Assembly (NCBI GenBank): GCA_964234715.1
Contig: OZ174281.1
Strand: one strand, 5' to 3'
Source of the DNA: Podarcis melisellensis
Lineage: Eukaryota
Length of the DNA: 64,000 nt
Below the pieces are notes generated by a model. The model saw only the letters and a program-made list of their open reading frames with translations. It was not told the DNA's origin and searched no databases. Made by a program: the position numbers and the translations under genes. Numbering within the stretch: position 1 is the stretch's first letter; the number at the start of each line of letters is the position of its first letter. Below, piece by piece: positions 26,201 to 38,200 of the stretch.

Positions 26201-29200
26201 TGGAGAGTTTGAAAAAACTTCATACTGAAAACGATGAAAAAATGCAGCTTCTGAGAGCAGAACTTCAGACTTTGGAGCAAGATCACTTAAAGGAACTGGA
26301 ATCCAATCTACAGGAAAGACATACACAAGAATTTGATGAACTAATGGCTAAACACAATGATTGCTTAGAGGAGTTGAAAAAGGAGAATAAACTCCGACTT
26401 GAACAAATGCAAGAAACTCATGCTGCAAATGTCCATGAGAAAGAACAACAGATTGAGGAATTAAAGGTCAAGGTTTCTGAACTGTCTGACTTAAGATGCA
26501 AATTAGAGGTTGAACTTGCACTGAAAGAGGCAGAAACAGATGAAATGAAAATACTTTTAGAAGAAAACAAAACTCAACAGCAAGATAATCTAAAAAGTCT
26601 TATTGACAAGGAAACTGAAACGTTAAGAAAACAGATTGATAATTTGAACCATGTAATACAAATTAATAATGATGAATATCAGGTGGGTCTTGCAGAGCTA
26701 AGAACTTTAATGACAATTGAGAAAGATCAGTGCATTTCAGAATTAATTGATAGGCATGAAGAAGAAACAAATTTGCTTAGAACTGAATTAAGTAAAGTAA
26801 CTTCTTTGCACCAACAAGCTCTTGAAGCAGAAAAAAGATTGGAAGAACAAATAACAGAGTTGCAAGGTAAGCTAGAATTGGAAGTCAGTGCCCTAGAAAA
26901 GCAAAAAGAAGAAAATTTGGTATTGAGTGAACAGCAAAAGAAATATGAAGCCACTATCAGTAAGTTTGCAGAAGAAAAAGAGCTACTATTAACTAACCAT
27001 GAACAGGACAGGAAACTGCTTGTTCAAAAGCTCAACTGTGAAAAAGAAGATGCAGTCCGAAATGCCCTTAAAGAATTTGAATTGCAAAGGGAAGCTGTTG
27101 AAAAAGAACTTTTGGGGAAAATCCAGCAACTAGAGATGCAAGTTAATCAGAGGTACTGTATGAATTAAGTTGCCCTCTAATGCTTGAAATAAAATAAACC
27201 AACAGTGCTTAATATAATTTGTAGTCAGTTGAGTAAGTGCAGTCTCAAACTTTAGAAGGTTTTCTCTATTCTTGGATTAATGGTTCCTGCTCTTGCTCAG
27301 ATGCATCTTGTCTCCTTAGATATGTTTATCCTTTCCCCTCGTTCAAACCAGTCCCTAATTCCATCATTACATGACTTATGCTCAGGAGCATGTAGTTCTT
27401 TTTCTATTGAACTTCTGTATTCAAGCTAGTAAGTATACATTGTGATTGCAAAAATGCTGAGCTTTTCTGCTTCTTTTTAGATAGTTCAAGCTCCTGAGTT
27501 GAGGACTTCATTCAAACCGCCTTTTCACATCTTCCTGTTGGGTGTAGATTTTTTATTTTTATTTTTCAACTTCCAATGGATAGGTGGACCTAAATCAATC
27601 AATCACCCCATGAAATTGGTGTCCCTATGTTAAACACAAGCTGTGTGTAAGAAAGAATTTAAAAATTACCTTTCCCCTAGGGTGAAAAGTTGTTGGATAA
27701 GAGAAGCACCTTCACACAATCTTGCAGCATTAATCAAGCACAATGTGCATTATTTTAAAACTGTCACATCTAAATTCAAAATTCTTTTTGATTGATAGGG
27801 CAGAATCCCTCATTTTTCTAGTAAAGGAATTCTCCCCATAGTGAAAGGGATCCTTTGGATCCAGCTCATAATGTTTATTGATCATGAAGGGGAGTTTGCA
27901 CTGAATGCCAGATGGAAGTGATACATCTGTCCAAGCTGAGCAGACTGAATTCCTTAAGTGAACGATGGAAGAATATTTCTGTCTTTTAAGATCAGTCATT
28001 GACAGCATAAAGTGATATTCATAACAATGTTTCTGGCTGCACACAAATAGCTTTAAGAGTCACTGAGTTTTATCAATTGAGATTCTGGCTTTTTAAAATT
28101 TGATTTTAATGGGAAAGCAGCATGGGGGAGTTTTTAAAAACCAGCCTGGCAGTTTATCAGGGACAAAATACTACAAAAAAGTGCTCTTAAAATATAACTA
28201 TAAGGCTGCTTAAAAACCCTGGCACTTGTTTTTGTTCCTATTCACAGGACTCATTTATTCCCCAGATATCTTTTAGGAATTAGGTTTTTTAAAAAAGATT
28301 TTGAAGCTGCCCTATCCAAGAGTGAAATTGAACTTTTGATTGATGGATGGAATTTGAACACTCCACATAGGCCTGGTTCTCCCTCTCCACCCCTCTTGTT
28401 ACCCATAAAAGGAGACCAAAAACTTCTGGTTTAAATTTAAACAGTATCTTCGGAACTCTTAAGAACTGTAATTTGTTTTAAACTTTGGTTAATGAAAATA
28501 AGTGAAGGTTAAACTGTGGCTTCTCAAGCTGTCATTTAAGCAAACTACCTTTATTTGAGTTTGGATGTCACAGGGAACCACTGTTATTTTAAAATGGAAA
28601 ATTGTAGGGAGAGGAGAGTGTAGAAGCCCAAGCCTCAATACAGTCCATTTTTCAGCAACAAGCTGTGGTTTCTCGTTACTTCTAACAGAGCCATACAGTG
28701 AACTGTTCCTGAAGGGTTGCCATGTTAGTCAGATGGCGGACTCTGGTTCATGAAAACGAATACAACAGCAATATTAATAGTCTTTAAAGTGGCACAAAAA
28801 TACGTTTGTTTACCTAAGCACAGTTCTAAGTACTGAACAGTGTTAAAATTGGAACATAAGATTCTAAGAACGTTCATAGTGTGCATAATTTGCATTCAAG
28901 GAACCCAGTAACAGACTTTTCCAGAATTAGATACCTGTTTACCAAAAATACTTCAGGCTTCATTTCCTACCTTTTGAAGCATATAGTAGCAAAATAATAG
29001 TGGTAACTGTTTCAGCTTTTCTATAAGTAAAGTGATTAGTGGAGCAGCTGATATTTTATTTCTGGGAGGCCTGAAGTGACTTTACGAAGATCACTGGACA
29101 CCACAATGTCACAACCAAAACAAAACCCAGATATTTGAAAAACTTAAGATGCTGAAAATCTGGCAAATGTATTCACTTCTACAGTTCAGAAGTAGCCTGA

Positions 29201-32200
29201 AGTAAAATTATGTTCTAAACAGGTTCTTTGTACATATGACCTATGTTCTTTACCTCAAATGAAATACCATGGGCCATCTTCAAATGTGATGTGATATCGA
29301 GCTAAGTATTTATGCTTGTTATAATGACTAATTTTCAGTAGTGAAGATACGTTGTTAAAAATTATGCAGTCTAATGATGTCCTATATTTATTTTATGGCT
29401 GTTACGCCATTTGTGATAGTCAATGTATATAAATTAGACATTTATGCTCATGCATTGAATACATGCAGTGCTCATGCCTGAAGGGGCATTCCTCAGGAAA
29501 TTTAAAAGCACTATGTACAATTGCTTACTTGCAACTGAAAGAGCTCTTCTGTTGTTCACTTCATTAGATAGCATATAGAAGAGCAATTACATATATGTCT
29601 GTAAGTAGTAATCAGGCTTGTTAAAGTTGATTACCTAGGGTGTGGGGATGTTGAGGGTCTAAATCCAGGCATGCTGATCTTCCAACACGTGATCACTAGT
29701 AGCATGGTTATTATGTGGGCCTGGGGCGGGGGGTGGCGGCAGTGAAAGGAGGAGAAGAAGAAACAGAAGTGTATGCATAGGTGTGTGTTTTTCCAGCCAA
29801 GTTTCTCTGGACAGAAGAATTTGCTTGCAATGAGTAAAAACATGGGCCACAAATCCAAGAAGCTGTTTTGGCTCATACAAGGGGCTTCTACTGGCTTAGT
29901 GGAAAACTCAACAGTTTTTTTTCTTTAAACAGATGACCCACACAGCCGAATGCAATACCACCGACTGCTTTTCAGTTTTTTTATTAATGGGGGAATAGAG
30001 AGAAGGGCTTTGGAGGAAAATATTAATGAGTGAACATGTTCACATGCAATCAGGCTATTCCTCAGACTACAAGCCGTGTGTGGCTTTATAGGTTAAGTCA
30101 GCATTGTTGTTTTTTTAATTGAGCTAGGGAAACTAGTTTAAACCAAAGAAATCTGTTTTTCTCAATGGTCTTGGTGATCTATTTTGGAATAGTTGAGATC
30201 CTCCAAGTAGTCTGCAGAGGCAGCCACATGTACAACACCTTGTAGTTTACACACTGGATGATATTAGAGCTTGAATTACCCACCAAGGAGTCCTGCCACT
30301 CACAACACTAGTGATGTGGGGTGGGTATTTTTCCATGGCAAAAAATGCCTGTTTTGTAAGTTGTTTATTAACAATGAATTGATGCCAATTGAAAATAAAT
30401 ATTAGACAAGCTTGGCAGTTTCATTTTTTAGCTTTGTTTATGAAATACCAAAAAAAACCCCCACACATCCACCAATGCAAAATTAGATCATATACCTAGG
30501 GCATACTTTGTTTTTTAAAATGCAGATTACCCTAATTTTCATAGAAAATCTTACAATTCTGTGGTATTTGGACAACCCTCAAAACTGTGCAGCAGCCTCA
30601 GGTACTTTGTACCACAGATGTCACAGGCTGTTAAGTAGGTGGCAGATCTTACAGCACTCCAAAGCTACAAAAGGTGCCATAAGGAAAAGTGTAACCCAGT
30701 CCAGCACAGGTGGACAATGTATTCTACTCCAGAGAAAATCTCACAGGCTTCCATCCACCCCACCCAACTCGTATGGACCCTGCACTCACAACCTTGACAT
30801 TATTAGCCCAACAACTCTGACCTACTCAGCTAGCTAGACTTTGACTTCCTCCATCTCCACTCAAAGTATTCTCTTCCATGAGTCAATAGTTTGTTCAACA
30901 TGAATAATGAAAAGTAAGTCTAAGATAGCTTTATTAATGATCAACTACTTAGTTGTTTTCAAGGTTCTTTAGCTAATTTTATATGTACTTTATGTTGGTT
31001 TTAGTATGGATTTAAGTTTTTTCTGTTGACAATGTAAGTCTTTTTGACCGTGTAAATTAAAGTATTATGGGTTAATGAAGTAAAGCTTTTTCAAAACCAC
31101 AGCAGCAGCAGCAACAACAAACTAGCAATCCAAGACATTATCTACTCAAAACTGTTACATGCAGGTCAAGTCAGACATAATGATTTTCTTTAGGCAGCCT
31201 GCATTTTTCTCTTTGTGTGGAACTTTTCACATAGTGCAGTCTGGGCCATGGACTGCCACAGGAACTTTCTTCAGTGATCTTGTTAGTAGTTGAGCCAGCT
31301 TTTACATCTAGGGTGAAATTTTATGCAGTCATCCTCTGTATAGACACAAAGTGGTGGTTGGCGGGGGGGGGGAGAGATATGAAAGTGTCTTGTTCTCCCT
31401 CCACATGGGCAACCCCATGCCTTTTAATCAGCAAAGAGCGAGTTCAGAGTCCAGGGGGATAGGATAGATGCAAGGGAGATTTTATTTTATATAAATCTGT
31501 ATATATCTATCTATACTCTCTTTTACTCGGGGGGGGGGGGAGATAACTCTCTGTTCTTTTGCTCCATTCCAAGAGTACACAACTTTAGACCACTTGATGC
31601 AGGAGTAATCTGGGGTGCTTGCTAGGGATAAAGGCAATCCAAAGCTTTTGGGGCATGGTTGAGTGGAGCCAGTGCCCCCATGGCAAAGATCCTTGAGTAT
31701 CTGTCTGCTCACCACTCCTCTTGGCCAGAGGAAAAGATTATTTGTCCCTATCCACAAGGATGTGCACCAACAAGATCAGGGACTAACATCACCAGGAAAC
31801 CCTTGGAATACTTTGTTTAGAAGGTTAAAGCATTGTGCTCTGTAGAAATAGTCCAAGGCTGTTGTTGGGGACAAATAGAACAAGAAGAGATGGTGCCAGG
31901 CTCAGGCAACTGTTCAGGTAAAGACTAACCTATCTGGGCATACATATATATAGTTGGGTGCAGGAATGCCTGGAGAAGGGGGGAAAGGTGGGAATGTGGT
32001 GGGACAATACAGCTTCCAGTTTCTCTCATGTCTGCAACTGGGTGTGCTAAGTAGTAGAAGCAAACAGTGGTGAGCCATTGTTTGGTTAGAGGGTAAGATT
32101 AGGACTGAAAGAAGGCCGGTTCCAAGATCACTGGCAGATCTTGAGTCCGTCTGACATACCTTCACAGAGTTGTTATGAGGACGGAAAGGAACTATGCATG

Positions 32201-35200
32201 CTGGACGAAGGGCAGGGTTTATTTTTAACCAGGATTCCTCGTTTGAATATAACACTAGGCTGAGATTCTTTGAAAGTAACCTTGGCAGAAGTCCTGGAAT
32301 TAGGAGAAAGGGGAGGCACATGGATTTTGTTTCTTATCTGGAAATAAACACAGAGCTGCAGCCTTATTTTGTAGATTATAGAACTTGTTTTTTTTAATCG
32401 AGCTTTATTATATTCTCAGGGGATTGTGGAAGGGATTCATTGGTACCAAAGTTTTAAAAGCAAAAATAATACATTTTCAGTTGTTGGGGATCAAGCCAGT
32501 TTGTGAGGCATGGCCACATCAAGACATAATGTGCTTAGTGCCAAGTTGTTTTATCATATTTAAAATTCTAAATGTAATTTTCATGAGTTGAGTTTGTTGA
32601 ATTGCATGGGAATTGTGTAATACCGGACTGAAGTGTTTCCACACTATCATCTCAGTAAGCTGAGAGGTTTTACTGTGTAATTGAAATGACTTGCTTAATA
32701 CATTGCTTTACAAGTAGAATAATTTAGCTGTCTTAACATATGAGAAATAAATCTTGGAGAATATTCAAGAAAGACAGTATTGGAAGCAGATCCATTTCTT
32801 ACAGAGTTTTTCCCATCTCTTTATTAAAACAAGAATATACATTGTGCTTCCTATGTGGCATGTCAAGACCACTGTGTAACGTGTCTGTAGCTGGATTATT
32901 TTGCATTTGAATAATGCTGGTGGTGTACCTGATTCACAAAGCCTCCCTTGCCTGCTATTGTAGTAGGATATATTCAGACAACTATTAACTCTTGAATTTC
33001 TCTGACTTTAGAGCAGCAAATTGCTTGATAGTGAATTCCATCTTTGCAATCCCATTATACTGTAATATAGGGATTAATGCAAGTTTAGATCAAAACTAAA
33101 TTTATTGTTCCTCCTATAACCAAGATTTAGTTTCATTTTTAGATGTTATTTTTTTACTCTCCTATCTTTCCATGAACACACCGATTATTTGCACAACATC
33201 TGAACTTTCTCCTGCAAAGTCAAGCAAAAGAAGGCGAACACACCGTGCGCTAAGAATCTTGCTTTTTCCCCATACATTTATCAGGAATGTTTCCCCTTGA
33301 CTAGTCAGAATTTTGAATTTCTTAGCCAGAGAAACACCAGATAAAGTGATATTGAGGTTTAAGGTTTCCCTTTGTAGTTTGTTCGTACCATCCTGGGCTG
33401 GTCATTTAAATTTTCAATGTTTTCCTTTTCCTAGTTCGGTTGAATCATCTGCATCAAGCTTAGTAGCAGAACTTCAAGAAAAACTTCAGGAAGAAAAAGT
33501 GAAGTTTTTGGAGCAGCTTGAAGAACATGAGAAAAGAAAAAATGAGGAAATGCAAAACATTCGGACATCACTCACTGCAGAACAGCAGGTAGACGAGGCT
33601 GTTTCAAGATTTCAGATTAGATACACTTGGGAGGATGCTTTAAAGTAACTGGGAGCTCCTTTGTTTTTCACAGCCTTAGAAATTCTCATTCCTCAGAATT
33701 CCAGGATCTTTTGATGGTTTCCTTATGTCTTTAGCTTGCAAAGAGATTATTGCCTAGCATTTCAGGCTAGTACTGGTTTTCTGACATGTCACATACAGCC
33801 ACTGCTTGTTCTTATACAATCCCTGTTCATTTGAGTGGAGTTTTCACTGGGGTTCCAAACAACTTCTATTGCATGATTGGCAATTGTGCCACTACATCTG
33901 AAAGATGCTGGCACAAGGAGACATGAGCAGCTTGGAGAACATCAAAATTGGATGCATTCTGGGCTTATGCTTCTAAAAAGTAAAATCAAGCAAGCAAGCA
34001 AGCAATCACTATTATTATTTCCAAAAAGCATATTTACCCTGCTTAGTCAAGGAAGGCTCACAAAGCAGCTTACAAATTTTGATGATGATAATACAGTCCC
34101 TGCAGGCTCACAGTTTTAATGAGGTATAGCACAAAAAAGAAAAGGAACGGGGAAGGAGGTGGGGAAAGCAAGCTGGAACTGAAAGATATGAAGAAGCAGA
34201 GCCAAAAGTTCCCAGTCTTTCAGTCTTACCTCTCTCCCTCTCCTGTACCTGATGGAATGGCTTCTGATAGATGGCTGCTAAGGGAGGAGGCCAAAGCTGG
34301 TACGTTGTAGCCTCTTCAGAGATTGAAAAGTTACAGTACCTATTTATTTTTTTCATGTCATGTATATGTACATTGTATTGCTTAAAATAATGCTGATTCT
34401 GTATTTTCAGACGACGTTTAACACTGTTCTAACAAGAGAAAAAATGAAAAAGGAGAACATAATAAATGATCTTAGTGACAAATTAAAAGCAATAATACAG
34501 CAGCAAGAAAGGGATAAGGGTAAGCAAATGTTTTGTACATGTAGTTTGAATCCAATTAATTGCTCTGCAGAATATCAGAATGTTGAATATTACTTGTTGG
34601 CTGCCTTTTGCTCAGATCTGATTGAAAGTCTTTCTGAAGACCGAGCCTGTTTACTCGAAGAGAAGAAGAAACTTGAAGAAGAGGTTAATAAGCTGAGAAG
34701 TAGCAATTTTGTTCCACCAGCCTGTTTACCTCCTCCTCCAGAACCTCCCGGAGCTTGTGCAGCTGATTTTACAGCAGAAACTGAGCGATTAACGTCAGAT
34801 ACCACAGAAGAAGGAAAAATGGATTCCACGCTGGAAACAAGCATGATGGCTGTAAAGTTAGTACACAAATCTTGAAATAGATATGTATCTGAATGTCAGT
34901 AGGCATTGTTTTGAATTTTTTTTTCTTATTTGAAATGTTTGAAAATGCTCCCCCACTCCGCTGTCATGTGAAGCAACTCAAATCTGAGGTGAATAGGCTG
35001 TGGGTGCAAGGCTTTCGGACAACCTGGAATTATGGAGGGAATTTGTATTTATATTTTGATCTGATTTGATACATTTTTACATCTCCTCCAAGCTCATCAG
35101 GAATGGGAAAACACTAGGCAGGGAGACAGACAGAGAGAGGAGTATATAGTTCTGTGAATGACATCTTTATTTCTTTGGTTATCGGCACTCTCCATTTACT

Positions 35201-38200
35201 TCCAGTTACAGTGTTTATTTTGCTGTGAGGGATAAAACACATCCATCTACACCTTGTTCGGCTTTGGCAGCATGTGATTTTGGTGGAAATTTGAACAGAA
35301 AACAATATTCTTTTTTAAATGCCTCAAATAATTTTCTTTATTCATAACTCTAACCCGTCCACCATCCTTCTATAATTTTTGCAGGCACCATATACTGGCA
35401 CCTTTTCCTCTTTTTTTTGGTCATGTTCATGGAAATTGTTTGCAAAAGTACATAGGAAATCATTGGGCCTCTTTTTAGAAAACAAAAACACCTCAGACTT
35501 TAAAGGGTCCAAAATCTGAGAGCTTCATTCCCTCAGAAGTGACTACGGTGCCTATAAATATACAATTCTGTATAAAAAAATGAAAATTTAGACTATACTG
35601 TAGATGTCATAGGAATTGTTGGTTTTTACCCTATGTCTTGGATCCAGAGTGAATCATCAAGTCAGTATAAGCCACTGACCCAAAGAAACCCCCTCTTCAA
35701 ACCAACCAGGAAGGTCCAGAATATTTCTTCTGGACACAGCCCTACTATATTAGCACATGGAAGTGTTTTCACTGAACTGTGTTATCATGTGAAAACTAAA
35801 AAGAGAACTCACCTGGTATAAAGACTCTCTCACCTCAGAAATGGTTGCCGAACTGCCTTTGAAAATCCAAAAGAGCACAATAGAAATACCATGCATGTTT
35901 TCCAAGGTATTGTGATTAATTAATCTGCCTGGATTCCTCGTTCTTTTTGTCACCTGCTATTTAGGAGCGGGGAATATACAGCATGTTAGATACACTGGAG
36001 ACACAATGTATCATGTCAAGATGAATATAATATGGCTTATCTTCATTTTCTTGTGACATATTAATCTACTAAAACCCTCTATTTGACATATTTTCCTATT
36101 AATGAAGCTGCGCATCTTGTTAACCATTTCTTATTTTATTTTTAGTGAAAATGTGCAGATTTTGTCAGAGGAAAAACAGAGGATAATGATGTTAGAAAAA
36201 GTGAGTAGTTTTTGCTCTGGTTACCTATTTATTGCCTTCAAGAGAGATTAGGAACCTCTGTGTTCAGCTTCATGTATTAATGTATTGTCATACATTTGCT
36301 GAAATAAGGTGGGCTGGAACCACATGGGAGCTAACAAAAGCAAAAGTCCTAACTTCTTCTCGTCCATTGTGATTGCCTTTTTTCTTATGCATAAGAAAAA
36401 AGATTGCCTTTTTTCTTATGCATACCGCTACTGGTTATTTAGGGAACGTTTGCCTGTGATTTCAGGTTGTTGTAAGAATGTTTGTAAGGGCTATCTATAT
36501 CTAATGTAGTGCTAAGCGACTTCTTCCCTTAGTGCAGGTGTTTACACTAGCACAATGGAACTCTATTCCCCTCTACCCTTAATCTGTTCTGGGAGTTTAT
36601 CCCAGATTTGGGAAGGGTGTGGGTTGTACTCTGGCAGAGGAGAGAGTTCCATTGCGCAAGCTTATATCCTTGTGTTAATGGAGTGAGTGCATTGGATGCC
36701 ACCCTTCGACCCTCTGATTTTAAGATACTTGAAGATGCTTATTTGGAAGAAAGACAAATTCATCCATTGGTCCTATCCAGAGTCATACATAGCAGCTTTA
36801 ATGACGCTGAATTCTATTTTGGATGCATGATGAGCCTGAGTTGCTATTTGACATAGCACGAACAGTTCCCAAAGCACTGACAAAAACTGTGTGTGCAGTT
36901 CGAAGTGCAAGATACAGAGAATCCAGCCCAGGAACTGCATGTGCTGCACTTGTTTGCACATGTGGATCCTGGTCAGCCAGAGATCTGCTCACAGCAACAT
37001 GACCTTTGCTCACAGGAGCCTGTTGTGTTTTTGTTTTTTGCACAAGCCTACCTTGCTACCATGTTTGCTGTTTATTGAGCAAACCTGTTACTGTGTTATA
37101 TGTAATCTGTAAGATCTGTAAGTTAATTATCCTATTAATTCTTAACTAATGTAAATTCATTGTCCCATTCTTAAATCAAGTGAGTTCCATAGTTTTACTT
37201 TGACAAACACCTTTTTAAGTATTACTGAGTAGTAACACAACTGTTACTGCTGCTGGATGTCTGAAAGCATTTCCTCATTTTAGGATGCAGCTGGATGACT
37301 GAAAGCATTTCCTCATTTTAGGTGCTTAGAACTATTGGATCAGAGTCAATACTACCCTTTCATATTAGGACATTTAAACTGATTCCTGTTAAAACTAGAA
37401 ACATAGGAATAATTGTGGTTACTTTGGCTTTCCAATTAATACACATTTCATAGGTTACTGAGAAAAAGCAGGGATGTAACACATGCTTTGTATCCAGAAA
37501 GCCCCAAGTTTAATCCCTAACACCTGTAGTTAAAAAGATGTCAAACAACAACTGGTTGTAGATGTGTTGACTGGTTTTTAAACTTGTAATACAGATCTCG
37601 CCTACCCAGCCATATGCCAGTAAAAAAGGGAAGATGAATACTTGGATCTCACCCACCTCCAGTCAAAGCTGGTGTGGTGATGGTGGGAGAGCTCATCTAT
37701 AGAGATGACTGTTTTCAAATTCCTCCCCTGCCCTCAGACTGCAGGTCATAAATTGCGGTTGGGACGTGTCTTAGAAGCTCGGACACCATGGGCCAAATTA
37801 ATTTAACAGTATCAAAGCTTTGAGGATTTCTTCTATCTTCTAGAACTTCCTGACAGTAAGAGCTGTTCGACAGTGGAATTTGCTGCCAAGGAGTGTGGTG
37901 GAGTCTCCTTCTTTGGAGGTCTTTAAGCAGAGGCTTGACAACCATATGTCAGGAGTGCTCTGATGGTGTTTCCTGCTTGGCAGGGGGTTGGACTCGATGG
38001 CCCTTGTGGTCTCTTCCAACTCTATGATTCTATGACTTCTTTGCTAGCCAATGAGAGAAAATTTAACTTTCATGAAATCAAAGCTGAATTTCCAAGTTAT
38101 GTAACTACTCGGAAGAAAAATGATTCAGCTATGAACATCATTCTTTGAGTTCATACTTAATAGATGGCACAGCTGGTATGAATTTCTGTTCCAGTAGGCC

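Noticed and set aside
25291-27168. 625-aa ORF as a standalone gene
   Set aside because: It is internal exon 15 of RB1CC1; true boundaries are 25246-27152
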